In this document: positions 9,595-19,227 of the stretch, piece by piece
Layout: each line of letters begins with the position of its first letter
Numbering within the stretch: position 1 is the first letter of the stretch
Notes under the pieces: generated by a model
The model's input: only the letters and a program-made list of their open reading frames with translations
Database searches by the model: none
What the model was told of the DNA's origin: nothing
Assembly (NCBI GenBank): GCA_050294405.1
Contig: JBNKOC010000025.1
Span: 1 to 64,000, forward strand
DNA from: Fibrobacteria bacterium
Lineage (GTDB): Bacteria; Fibrobacterota; Fibrobacteria; UBA11236; JADFYW01
Length of the DNA stretch: 64,000 nucleotides
Reading direction: 5' to 3'
Made by a program: the position numbers and the translations under genes

Positions 9595-10386
9595 TCACTT
9601 TTTGAAAAAATTGATGTGATACAATTTTTTATGGGATTCCAGTTTATGTTGTTTGGGGAAACTTTTGTCTTTACTCCATTTTTCCCTATAGTTTTCCAAG
9701 ATTTTTTCGGGGTTTATAGGTTCAGAAGATGTTACAAATAGGAACTTTTCAAAATTTGGGGCGTTATCCAATTGGTAGGCGTAGTCCAATTGCACTTTGC
9801 CTTCTTTTTCCAGCCTGGAGTCGGAACTGTTTTGACTGGGAAAGTGAAGGGTGATATTTTGGTTTCCATCGGCGGAAAAAATGACTCCGTATTTTTCCCC
9901 GGCGGAAGTATAGGTGATTTGTATGGTTTGTCCCGCAGAAAGACTGTCACCGTCTTTTAACAGCTGAGGCCCCTCACTTGTTTTTAAATAAACATCCAGT
10001 TTAGGTTCCATGCCTTTTAGTCGATATTCAGGCTGCGCGTTGTTTTGTTTCATAATAAAAGAACTTAAAGCCACCACAAACATAAGGCTAAAAGCGAAGG
10101 AAACCCGAACCATAGGTTTTTGAAACCAAGGCATAGTTTTTGGTTTAGGGGAAATAAGCTCTCTTGGTTTTTCAAATTGATGTTTCTCTTTTATAATTTC
10201 CATTTCTCTTTGGGCTGGAAAGTCCTTTAAAAAGGCTTCATTGGATTTTTGAATTTCCTTTAGTTTTTCCTTGAGAGATTCATTTTGTTTCAAAGCGGTT
10301 TCTACACGCTCCTTTTCCTTTTGGCTTACTTCTCCCAGGAAATATCTTTCCAGCAATTGGCTGGGGATTTGGTTTGAATGTTCCAT
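9595..10386 (-). CDS. Single-pass membrane anti-sigma-like protein with an extracytoplasmic DUF4384-like domain (ActD-like)
   Basis: Anti-sigma-like N-terminus (LLERYFLGEVS), one TM helix, RLKG, then GDSLSAGQTIQITY...YGVIFSADG...LHFP...AYQLDNAPNFE. Start overlaps the sigma gene stop. Confidence 0.75.
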   Translation of the reverse strand: MEHSNQIPSQLLERYFLGEVSQKEKERVETALKQNESLKEKLKEIQKSNEAFLKDFPAQREMEIIKEKHQFEKPRELISPKPKTMPWFQKPMVRVSFAFSLMFVVALSSFIMKQNNAQPEYRLKGMEPKLDVYLKTSEGPQLLKDGDSLSAGQTIQITYTSAGEKYGVIFSADGNQNITLHFPSQNSSDSRLEKEGKVQLDYAYQLDNAPNFEKFLFVTSSEPINPEKILENYREKWSKDKSFPKQHKLESHKKLYHINFFKK

Positions 10387-10874
10387 TAGACTGGCTCCTT
10401 ATAGCTTTGCTGAACCCTTTCTTTAAACTGCCGCAGGCGCTTTCGAACCCCTGAAACCGAAAGTCCGGTTTCGGCAGCTACCTCGTTTAAGGTCATGCCA
10501 TCTCCGTAATGGAGGTAGGCCATAACTCTGGTGGAGGCGGATTCCCGGCCCATAATGCGGTCCGTAATTATGTTTGTCAAATTTTTTTGCTCCTCATCTG
10601 CCAGAGCAATATGCGCCAAATCATCGTTGAGCAAACGGTTTCGGTTTTTGCTGTCCCGAATGCGATTAAGGCAAATGTGGGTGGCCATGGTAAATAAAAG
10701 GCTGGAGGGAAATGTGCCTTCCATTTTGTCTTTTTTGTCCATGAGCTTTACAAAAACATCGTGCATGGCGTCCCGGGCTTCTTCGGAATCTTTTAATATT
10801 TGATGGCATCTTCTCCAGACCATGGCGGCATACTTCTCGTAAAAGTTGGTTATTTCGTTTTCTGTCAATGGCAT
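10386..10874 (-). CDS. ECF RNA polymerase sigma factor
   Basis: 162 aa; region 2 (YAAMVWRRC...EARDAMHDVFVKL...ATHICLNRIR) and region 4 HTH (DGMTLNEVAAETGLSVSGVRKRL). Confidence 0.92.
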   Translation of the reverse strand: MPLTENEITNFYEKYAAMVWRRCHQILKDSEEARDAMHDVFVKLMDKKDKMEGTFPSSLLFTMATHICLNRIRDSKNRNRLLNDDLAHIALADEEQKNLTNIITDRIMGRESASTRVMAYLHYGDGMTLNEVAAETGLSVSGVRKRLRQFKERVQQSYKEPV

Positions 10875-10883
10875 TTTAAACCT

Positions 10884-10912
10884 TTAACACCTGGGCGCCT
10901 CAAAAGTGTCCC
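10884..10912 (-). promoter_or_regulatory. Candidate autoregulatory ECF promoter
   Basis: Minus strand reads GGACAC-N16-TGTTAA, ending 9 nt before the sigma ATG. Confidence 0.4.
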
Positions 10913-11158
10913 TGGTTTTTAAAAAAAAAGTGTAGACCTTTGAAAGTTCTGAAAATTCTGAATTTTTAGATTTTACAAAAATATTACTAATTGCTAATCT
11001 TGTTGAGTAAACTCAATTTTTTGCCTTCCTGAGGAAATCTAACCTATTAATTCCGCAAAATGGACTACTCCCAGAAAACAGGAGATACTGAATTTTTCGA
11101 AAGTTCTAATCTGTCAAAATCTTCCAACTAATAATAGAAAGCCAGCGTAAGTAAAAGT

Positions 11159-11656
11159 ATGTCCGAATTAAAACCAGATGAAATTTCTTTTGTAGAAGAA
11201 GTGGGTGTGTTTTTCGAGCAGTCTGGAATTCCCTCTATGGCGGGTCGTATATTGGGTTGCCTGTTGATTTGCGAACCCGAGCATTTGAGCTTAATTGATT
11301 TGGCCGGGCAGCTTCAGGCCAGTAAAGGCTCCATAAGCACCGCAAGCCGCATGTTGCGCCAGGCAGAAATTGTGGAGAAAATAAAATTCCCCAAAGATAG
11401 AAACGACTATTACCGCATTAAGGAAGACGCTTGGACATGCCAATTTAAAAACCAAACCAAAATGGTGGGCGATTTGCAGGAACTGGCCGCCCGCGGTCTG
11501 CGGATTCTGGCTAGGGAAAACAAAGCTCGTTCCCAACGGCTTTTGGAAATGAAAGAATTTTACGACTGGCTTAGCGATGAATTGCCGGAGCTATTTGAAC
11601 GCTGGGAGAATACCAAGAAGGTAGCAGTAAAGTCCAAAGGAAAAACAAAGCACTAA
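11159..11656 (+). CDS. GbsR/MarR family transcriptional regulator
   Basis: GIPSMAGRILGCLL...LSLIDLAGQLQASKGSISTA...KDRNDYY winged-helix pattern. Confidence 0.85.
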   Translation: MSELKPDEISFVEEVGVFFEQSGIPSMAGRILGCLLICEPEHLSLIDLAGQLQASKGSISTASRMLRQAEIVEKIKFPKDRNDYYRIKEDAWTCQFKNQTKMVGDLQELAARGLRILARENKARSQRLLEMKEFYDWLSDELPELFERWENTKKVAVKSKGKTKH

Positions 11657-11659
11657 CAT

Positions 11660-14101
11660 ATGCATAAAATATTCCATATATGTTATTGCCTGGTTATGGC
11701 TATGGGGCTTTGTGTTTCTATCTTTTCCCAGGAAAAAACCTGGAATGGAAGCCTGGTGGATAAAAACTTTTCGGACAGCTCCGCCGTGCGATTGGAAATT
11801 CTGGAATCCGGCGACACTTTAAATGTTGTGTTGGGTGAACCATTCAGCATCACCATCCCGGCGGATACGCTTTGGAACGTTTGTTTTACCCAGGGCGCGC
11901 TGGAAAAATGTTTTGAAATAACCCACAAGGATACCAGCTCCCAGTTTAGTTTTGATGTTACTGGAAAAGATACGGAAGTATTATCCGAGTTGGCCCCTCC
12001 CAAAGAAGAAGCGGATTTAAATCTGGCCCTGCCGGAGTCCGATAGCCTGGATTATTCAGCCGAAGCCCCTTCCAGTTACAACTCCGAAGAGGGTGTACAG
12101 CTTAAAAAAGTATTGCTTAAAGTAAGGCGTGTTCCCAAAAGGGCTTTGGGGAAATCCACCGTTTCGGCAAAAATGATTAAGCGTATGCCCGGTTTAGCGG
12201 AAGCCGATGTTATCAAAGCCATTCAGGCCCTGCCGGGGGTTGTAGCCAGTTCGGACTTTAGCTCGAAAATCTATGTGCGTGGGGGAAGCGCCGATCAAAA
12301 TCTGTTTTTATTCGACAACGGCACGGTGTATTCGCCGGTGCATTTTTTCGGATTGTTTTCCACCTTTTTAGTGGAAGGTTTGGATGGAGTTGAATTTTAC
12401 AAAGGAGGCTTCAGCCCGCGTTACGGCAACAGGCTTTCTTCAGTGGTGGATATAAAATCCAGAAAGGGCGGGGCCAAAGATACAAATGCCTGGTTCCACA
12501 AAAGCTCCGTTAAAGTATCCACCTTCGCCACTCAAATACATACGGAAGGAAGGCAAGGCCCTGTTAATTGGATACTGGCCGGAAGAGCCACATACATTAA
12601 AACAGTTATTGATTTGCTGCGCAATCTGGGGCTTACGGACTTAGAGCTGGATTACTTTTTTACGGATTTGCAGGGCCATGTTAACTGGCAAATAAATGAA
12701 AACCACTCTCTGGATATATCTGGTTATGGAGGCGGCGATAAACTGGATTTTTCTCCCTTTATTGTAAAATGGGGAAACCAGGTTTACCCGCTAAACTACC
12801 ATCATAAAATAAGCGACAACTGGAAAGGCCACGCCACTTTCGCCTACAGTTGGTTTTCCCAGGAATTCGCTTTGGAAAATATTTTCGGCTTTGAAAATGG
12901 CATTTCCCAATATAATTACAAGCATGTGTTGGATTACAGCGGGTTTAAAAATCAAAACCTGCAGTTGGGTCTTGATATTAAAAAATTCCATGTGGAATTT
13001 GTAAACAATCAGGAAATTGCCAAAATTCGCCTTACGGACCCTACGGATTTCTGGATGTATTCGGCCTTTGTGGAAAACGATTGGGACTGGGATAAACTCA
13101 ATTTAAAGTTGGGTGTGCGTGGAAATTACATGACCGAGAGGGATGTGGTGGATTTTGAACCCCGTTTTTCCTTGCAGCTAAAACTGCCTAAGTCCTCTTA
13201 CATAGATTTTCATTCTGGCTACTATTACCAATACATCAATTCCATTGTTTGGGGAGACTTTGAAACCATAAACGAGTTTTACTATCCGGCTAAAAAATTA
13301 AAGTACGAAACGGTGGAGCCTTCCCATTCTTTGTTACTATCTCTGGGGTACCGCAAGGAAAAACTATGGGACAGATACGAATATTCGGTGGAGTCTTATT
13401 ACAAAACCCTAAATGATTTGGTGGTATTTAACCAATATGCCGTGGAGGATTCCGTGCGTTTTGATGCGGGAAGCGCCTTGGGCGAGCTGCTTAAAAATGC
13501 AGAGGGCTATAGCTTTGGTTTGGAATTAATGGGCCGGAAAAACGGAGGCACGTTATTCGGGGGCCTGAGTCTTTCTTTAGGGCAAGCTGTGATAAAAGAA
13601 CAATTCGCCACAGAGGCTATTTTTCCAAAATGGCACCAACCCATTAGTTTCAAGGGAGACTTGTCCATCAATTGGAGAGGCGAAGAAGGAATCTGGAAAA
13701 TATCCAGCAAGCGAAAATACTTACAGAGCTCGGTGCAGTTAAAGCATGCCTCAGGCTTGCCCTACACTGAGGTGGTGGGCTATGTGCCTGCACATCTATT
13801 GGACCAAAATCCCTACGGGGTTAATGCCGGCGGCCCTAATCCTATTTTTGGAAACAATGTTAGTGCGCCCCGGGGTGGCCAAAACGACGCCTTTGTGCCT
13901 TCTTATTTTCGTTTGGATGTGAAGGCTATTGACTGGGGTAAAAAAAACAAATGGAATTTTAGCTGGACTATTTTAAACATCACAGATTATGAAAATATTT
14001 TCCTTTATGCCTATGACACTTCTAAAAATCCGCCGGAAAGGCTGGAGATAACTCAATTTCCCTTTTTCCCCATGTTAGTCAGTTATGAATACTATTTCTA
14101 A
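11660..14101 (+). CDS. TonB-dependent receptor
   Basis: Signal peptide; plug domain (DVIKAIQALPGV, IYVRGGSADQNLFLFD, GGFSPRYGNRLSSVVDI); beta-rich barrel region; C-terminal Phe. Confidence 0.92.
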   Translation: MHKIFHICYCLVMAMGLCVSIFSQEKTWNGSLVDKNFSDSSAVRLEILESGDTLNVVLGEPFSITIPADTLWNVCFTQGALEKCFEITHKDTSSQFSFDVTGKDTEVLSELAPPKEEADLNLALPESDSLDYSAEAPSSYNSEEGVQLKKVLLKVRRVPKRALGKSTVSAKMIKRMPGLAEADVIKAIQALPGVVASSDFSSKIYVRGGSADQNLFLFDNGTVYSPVHFFGLFSTFLVEGLDGVEFYKGGFSPRYGNRLSSVVDIKSRKGGAKDTNAWFHKSSVKVSTFATQIHTEGRQGPVNWILAGRATYIKTVIDLLRNLGLTDLELDYFFTDLQGHVNWQINENHSLDISGYGGGDKLDFSPFIVKWGNQVYPLNYHHKISDNWKGHATFAYSWFSQEFALENIFGFENGISQYNYKHVLDYSGFKNQNLQLGLDIKKFHVEFVNNQEIAKIRLTDPTDFWMYSAFVENDWDWDKLNLKLGVRGNYMTERDVVDFEPRFSLQLKLPKSSYIDFHSGYYYQYINSIVWGDFETINEFYYPAKKLKYETVEPSHSLLLSLGYRKEKLWDRYEYSVESYYKTLNDLVVFNQYAVEDSVRFDAGSALGELLKNAEGYSFGLELMGRKNGGTLFGGLSLSLGQAVIKEQFATEAIFPKWHQPISFKGDLSINWRGEEGIWKISSKRKYLQSSVQLKHASGLPYTEVVGYVPAHLLDQNPYGVNAGGPNPIFGNNVSAPRGGQNDAFVPSYFRLDVKAIDWGKKNKWNFSWTILNITDYENIFLYAYDTSKNPPERLEITQFPFFPMLVSYEYYF

Positions 14102-15809
14102 AACAAACAGGGCAAAGACCAATAGAATCCAAAACCGAGGGTTTGGAATTTTAACATTATTGGCCGGGGTTCTTATATTAGGATGTTTGCAGGGCCCCTG
14201 GGACTATTACCCGGAAAAAACCCCTTATTATAAAGGGTTATTTGTGTCGGGATATGTGATTGCCGACAACCCTGTTTCCAATGTATGCGTGGAAAAAATG
14301 TTTGAGTTGGATGAAGAATATACCAATGCCTTTGTTTTTTATGAAAATGCCGAATTGGAAATAACCGGTGAATTTTCGGGCAGCGAAAAAACCATAACCT
14401 TAAGTCCGGATTCCGAAAATGTGAATTGTTTCGTGGGCCCCGCCGATGAACTTCCAAGCCGTGGAAATGACTATGTATTGAATGGAACTGTGCAGTGGGA
14501 TAGCGCGGGTGTTAATGTTAGCACCAGTTTTTCTGCCACAGCCAGTATCCCTCAAAATTTTTCGGTTAAGGACACAGCCAAGGCTCCCTACTTTGCAAAA
14601 AACTTATTTGAACAATTAGACAGCAATGCTAATCCCATTAGCGAATTTGGAACTTTATTAAACTCACTTCCGGAAGAAGTCAGAGAAGAGCTTGCGGAAT
14701 CATATTTAGATACTGTTCTTCAGATGTTTTCCGAAGGAGATACATTAGCGGCATTTGCCTATGTGTTTGCCAACCAAAAGGAAATAGAGGCTATTATAAG
14801 CAAAGCGGAAGTCACTTTTGTGCAGGATGATTCTCTTTGGTATTTGGGAGGCAGCCTTAATACCTTATCCCATTATTTCGCATCGGAGCGCAGCGCCGAT
14901 GTGGGAGCTGTGTTAGTATCCCAATACTATAACCCCGACAGCTCCATCCAACCGCGCACGGCCTTTTCGGGCTTTTTTGGAATTGAACCGGATACATCCG
15001 ATTACTTTCAGCTTGGCGAGGGAAACAGGCTTATAATTTACCCGGAAGCTGTGGGACCCGGGGGTTGGAATTTACTCGATAATATCGGAATAGTAAACAG
15101 TTGGTATGTAGGTGGCCGGAATTTACTCAAATTTTATGGCTTTCAAAAAGAATATTATGATTACGCAGAAAGGACTATTCAGGAAGAAAGCAATTCCAAG
15201 GTAGAACCCTTTTATAACGTAGATGGTGCCGCGGGAATTTTTGTAGGAGCCATTGCCGATAGCTTTGAAGTTAATATCAAAGTGCCTGAAAGCGTGGAAT
15301 CCTATCCTTTTAGCTTTACCAGGCCTTTTTACTGTGAAGAAAATGGTTGGTTTGAAAGCGCTTTTTGCCGGAATTATTATCCCGAACATTGCCGCGAAAT
15401 TGATTATGGAAAGCCCTATTGCGCCAGGGCCCTTTTAAGCGATACATTGCCTAAACAAATGGAAGAGGATTATATGCTAGAAGAATTCGAAATGTCCAAG
15501 AAAAGATTCGATTTCGAATTGGAGATGGCCACAATTAATTACTGTATGCAGAATGAGTTTGAAGATTCGCAAACATGCCAAACTCCCATTGATAATTGCA
15601 GGGAGGAAAAAGGGATAAATCCATGTAAAGAAGAATTGTGGACATATTGCCTGGACAACAAATGGCTGGCCCAAGATGGAAAACCCACAGGCATTTGCGC
15701 CTGGGGCCTTGTGAGCTACTGCACAGATAAACCCAGGCAGTCAGAAGTATTGTGCCAAAAGGCGGACGCCTATTGCGAGGAGAATTCAGATGAAAAACTT
15801 TGTGAATAA
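14085..15809 (+). CDS. Lipoprotein (DUF4249-like) with a Cys-rich C-terminal domain
   Basis: Lipobox LILGC; NVDGAAGIFVG motif; position directly after a TonB-dependent receptor; 14 Cys in the last ~160 aa. Confidence 0.7.
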   Translation: MNTISKTNRAKTNRIQNRGFGILTLLAGVLILGCLQGPWDYYPEKTPYYKGLFVSGYVIADNPVSNVCVEKMFELDEEYTNAFVFYENAELEITGEFSGSEKTITLSPDSENVNCFVGPADELPSRGNDYVLNGTVQWDSAGVNVSTSFSATASIPQNFSVKDTAKAPYFAKNLFEQLDSNANPISEFGTLLNSLPEEVREELAESYLDTVLQMFSEGDTLAAFAYVFANQKEIEAIISKAEVTFVQDDSLWYLGGSLNTLSHYFASERSADVGAVLVSQYYNPDSSIQPRTAFSGFFGIEPDTSDYFQLGEGNRLIIYPEAVGPGGWNLLDNIGIVNSWYVGGRNLLKFYGFQKEYYDYAERTIQEESNSKVEPFYNVDGAAGIFVGAIADSFEVNIKVPESVESYPFSFTRPFYCEENGWFESAFCRNYYPEHCREIDYGKPYCARALLSDTLPKQMEEDYMLEEFEMSKKRFDFELEMATINYCMQNEFEDSQTCQTPIDNCREEKGINPCKEELWTYCLDNKWLAQDGKPTGICAWGLVSYCTDKPRQSEVLCQKADAYCEENSDEKLCE

Positions 15810-15819
15810 AGGAAAGAAC

Positions 15820-16686
15820 ATGAAACATTCCAAAAAAATTTGGGCAATGTTTATTATGGCTGCCATGTTGCCTGCGGCTGTTGGAGCAAAAGAAAAGGAA
15901 CAGGGCCCAAGTCAGGAAGAGTTGCGGGAACTCAGTTACCAAATAAACCAATTGAAAAAGGAAAACAGTAAATTGGATAAGGAGTTGTCCCGGGTAGATT
16001 CCATGAGCAGCGATGAAGAACAAAGGGTAAAAAAACTCCACGAAAATTTTGAAAAAGATATCCAGCGGAAAAAAAAGGAGATTGAAGATCTCAATGGCCA
16101 ACTGCTGGATTTGGAAAAACAAATTGCCACTGAGCGCAACAAACAGGCCAAATTCAAAAATAACATGGCGGAAAACAAAGCGCGGCAAAAGGCCACCACC
16201 CAAACGCTGTTAAAACTCTGTGATGCTTTCGAGTTGAAAATCAAAAGCTCACTGCCCTGGGAGCTGGACAAGCGTCTGGAACGGGTTCAGATTTTAAAGC
16301 GGGATGTGGAAAATGGTTTTGCCAATTTGGAAGAGGCTTTTAAAAGGCTGGATGCTTTGTATCAGGAAGAAATCCGTTTTGGAGATGAAGTGAGCATGAT
16401 TAATAAGCCGCTAACCCGAAATAACGGGGAGATTATTAATGCGGACATTTTAAAAATCGGGAATCAGTGGATGGTTTATTCCGATGAGGAAGAAAAATTT
16501 TACGGCATATTAGTGAGGGAATACAAAGAGGGCCAGTTGGCTTATCGCTGGCGAGAGGAATTGAGTTTTCCTGAAAGGGATGCGGTTCGTCTGGCCATAG
16601 ATGTGAAAAAAGGAAAAAAACCACCTCAATTGATAACATTGCCTTTATCAATTTCCCTTGCGCCTCAAGCTGTGGAGGAAAATTAA
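15820..16686 (+). CDS. DUF3450-like periplasmic coiled-coil protein of TonB systems
   Basis: Signal peptide, long coiled coil, LPWELDKRLERV and C-terminal PPQLITLP. Start moved to the ATG with an AAAGGA RBS. Confidence 0.75.
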   Translation: MKHSKKIWAMFIMAAMLPAAVGAKEKEQGPSQEELRELSYQINQLKKENSKLDKELSRVDSMSSDEEQRVKKLHENFEKDIQRKKKEIEDLNGQLLDLEKQIATERNKQAKFKNNMAENKARQKATTQTLLKLCDAFELKIKSSLPWELDKRLERVQILKRDVENGFANLEEAFKRLDALYQEEIRFGDEVSMINKPLTRNNGEIINADILKIGNQWMVYSDEEEKFYGILVREYKEGQLAYRWREELSFPERDAVRLAIDVKKGKKPPQLITLPLSISLAPQAVEEN

Positions 16687-16687
16687 T

Positions 16688-18157
16688 ATGAAATTCAAAA
16701 TAATATATATGTTGCTTTTTGTTTGGGCTGTGCAAGTATTTGCCCAGGAAATTTCCAATCTGGAAAATTTAAAACGGGAGCTCACAAGTCTTAAAAATTT
16801 GAACCAGCAAAAACTGGATGCTCTGGAAAAGGCCGAAGCCAACCGATGGAACAAACGCTACCAGCAATCGGCCAAATCCAAGCAATATGAGGAACATATC
16901 CGTAACCTGGAAAGCCAATACGCCCGCCTGGCCTCGGAGCTCAATCGCAAACAGGAAGAGTTGTTAAGAGCGGGTGGAGAGACCAGAGAGCTCAATGGCA
17001 ATTGGGAAGAAGTCAAAACTCTTTCTGATGCTTTTCGCACGGAAGTAGTCCAGTCCATTAACAAATCCGCAGAAGAATTGTCCAAAGACATTCCTCTTCT
17101 GCTAAATGAGCGAACTTTGCTTTTATCCGATTTATCTAAAAAAGCGGACAACTCCAACACTCCTACCAGTCGGTTGGTAGAGGATTTCTTTAATTTCAGA
17201 AGTATGAGGTTAGACTTAACGGTATCTCAGTCTTTGGAATCCCGCAATAGCTTTATCGGAGAGGAAGAGTTTGGCGTTTGGCGTTTGCAATTGGGTACTG
17301 TGTTTGTGGGGGAGCTTTCCAAAAGTTCCGAGCCCAAGTCCCAGCTGTTATTAAGAACAGGAAAATTGCAAGGTAAAGTTTTTGCCTGGAGAGATAAGCT
17401 CACCCAGGGTTTTGATAAAAAGCTACAGGATATGATACATGGAGTAGTGGATAAAGAAGAAAAAGTAAATGTAGTTCTCGATGTAAACCAGAATAAGGGT
17501 TTTGGAGTGGGCTTTACAGGCGAAGAAGAAAAAGATGTTAAAAGCTCTCTTTTAGCCTGGTTTGGCAAAGGCGGACTGGTGATGTATCCCTTGGGGCTGG
17601 TGGCTTTGTTCGGACTTTTGCTATGCCTGGAAAAATACTTTGTTCTGGTCCGCAAATCAGTGAATGCCGAAAAGCTTATGAAAAAAATTGGGCCGTTAAT
17701 TGCCGAGCAAAAATGGTTCGATGCCCAAAATGTCTGCAAACGCTCTAAGGCCAGCTTGAATTTAGCCTTGGCGAGCATTCTGGAAAAAGCCGATGTGAGC
17801 CGGGATGCCGCAGAAAAAGCCTATCGGGAAAAGTATTTGCGGGAAATTCCTTTTTTGGAAAAACGCATGACTTTAATTGCAGCTATTGGTGGCTCGGCTC
17901 CGTTAATGGGGTTGTTGGGAACCGTATCTGGAATGATCTCCCTGTTTAAAGTGATTACAGATGTTGGTACAAACGATCCCCGTATTTTAGCTGGCGGTAT
18001 TTCCGAGGCTTTGATTACCACTCAAACGGGATTGATGATTGCCATTCCCATTTTGCTTATCCACGGTTTCTTAAGTGACAGATTGGACAAACTGCAAAAT
18101 GATATGAGCTCCCAAAGCCTAAGTGTGATGAATAAAATATGGCCTAAAGGAAAATAA
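16688..18157 (+). CDS. Long MotA/TolQ/ExbB family protein (TtpC-like)
   Basis: Periplasmic coiled-coil N-terminus, then GGLVMYPL, APLMGLLGTVSGMI and GISEALITTQTGL. Confidence 0.88.
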   Translation: MKFKIIYMLLFVWAVQVFAQEISNLENLKRELTSLKNLNQQKLDALEKAEANRWNKRYQQSAKSKQYEEHIRNLESQYARLASELNRKQEELLRAGGETRELNGNWEEVKTLSDAFRTEVVQSINKSAEELSKDIPLLLNERTLLLSDLSKKADNSNTPTSRLVEDFFNFRSMRLDLTVSQSLESRNSFIGEEEFGVWRLQLGTVFVGELSKSSEPKSQLLLRTGKLQGKVFAWRDKLTQGFDKKLQDMIHGVVDKEEKVNVVLDVNQNKGFGVGFTGEEEKDVKSSLLAWFGKGGLVMYPLGLVALFGLLLCLEKYFVLVRKSVNAEKLMKKIGPLIAEQKWFDAQNVCKRSKASLNLALASILEKADVSRDAAEKAYREKYLREIPFLEKRMTLIAAIGGSAPLMGLLGTVSGMISLFKVITDVGTNDPRILAGGISEALITTQTGLMIAIPILLIHGFLSDRLDKLQNDMSSQSLSVMNKIWPKGK

Positions 18158-18162
18158 CAAAC

Positions 18163-18804
18163 ATGTTATTGGATTATTTATACGAAGTTTTCTTATCCGG
18201 GGGATGGGTGCTTATACCTATTCTGATTGTGGGAAGCTTTGGCTTTTTTCTGGCTGGTCTTATGTTCTTCGAATTGGGTCACAATTGGACGGGCATGAGG
18301 CAAAAAAGGCTGGAGCAACAGGCCATAAATTTCTTAAAGGAAAAAAAAGAACGGGAGCTTCATGAATTAATCGGTAAAAACAACGAACAGAAATGGCCTA
18401 TGGGGGATTTTATCAGACTTATATTTTCAAACAAAGATTTGGGAAAAGAAGTTGTGGAGGATGCTCTGGAAGAAAAACTTAAAAAGGGAATTCTTGTATT
18501 GGACAGGCACTTGCCCTTAATTGGGGTGTTAGCTGCGGTGGCTCCATTGTTGGGTTTGCTGGGAACGGTTACGGGAATGGTGCATACTTTTCAAATTATT
18601 ACAGAATTTGGAAATAGCAATCCCATGTTAATGGCCGATGGAATATCTGAAGCATTAATAACCACCCAATCGGGTTTGTTAGTGGCCTTTCCTCTGGTAT
18701 TGATTAAACACCATCTAGAAGATAAAATTCAATGGATTAAAAAACACGCTGAACTGGTCATCACAGAATGCCTGAATCACCAATATCCCCAAAGCGCAGG
18801 ATAA
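18163..18804 (+). CDS. exbB: ExbB (MotA/TolQ/ExbB proton channel)
   Basis: APLLGLLGTVTGMV and GISEALITTQSGL. Confidence 0.88.
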   Translation: MLLDYLYEVFLSGGWVLIPILIVGSFGFFLAGLMFFELGHNWTGMRQKRLEQQAINFLKEKKERELHELIGKNNEQKWPMGDFIRLIFSNKDLGKEVVEDALEEKLKKGILVLDRHLPLIGVLAAVAPLLGLLGTVTGMVHTFQIITEFGNSNPMLMADGISEALITTQSGLLVAFPLVLIKHHLEDKIQWIKKHAELVITECLNHQYPQSAG

Positions 18805-18818
18805 GGGAGTAGGTTTAT

Positions 18819-19226
18819 ATGGATATATTTGAACAAAACCAAAGAAAAAGAAATACGGTAAATGTGGACATTGCCCCGTTGATGGACATGGTGTTTATAT
18901 TGCTGATTTTCTTTATTGTCACCTCTACCTTTACCAGGGAAACCGGCGTGGAGGTGGATAAGCCCAAAGCTAAAACCGCATCGGAAGTGAATAACAAGGC
19001 TATATTAATCGCCATAACCCGGGAAGGCACTATACATGTCAATGAAAGGCAAGTGGAGCTTCCGGTATTGGAAAATATTTTAACTCAGATGTTAGTGAAA
19101 TCTCCCAGCCGGGAAGTGGTTATTATTGCGGATAAGAATTCTATAACCGGTAACATGGTCAAAGTGATGGATGCATGTAATTTAGCCGGAGTACAAAAAA
19201 TAAGCGTGGCGGCCCTTTCGGAATAA
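18819..19226 (+). CDS. exbD: Biopolymer transport protein ExbD
   Basis: DIAPLMDMVFILLIFFIVT; RBS AGGGAG. Confidence 0.92.
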   Translation: MDIFEQNQRKRNTVNVDIAPLMDMVFILLIFFIVTSTFTRETGVEVDKPKAKTASEVNNKAILIAITREGTIHVNERQVELPVLENILTQMLVKSPSREVVIIADKNSITGNMVKVMDACNLAGVQKISVAALSE

Positions 19227-19227
19227 T

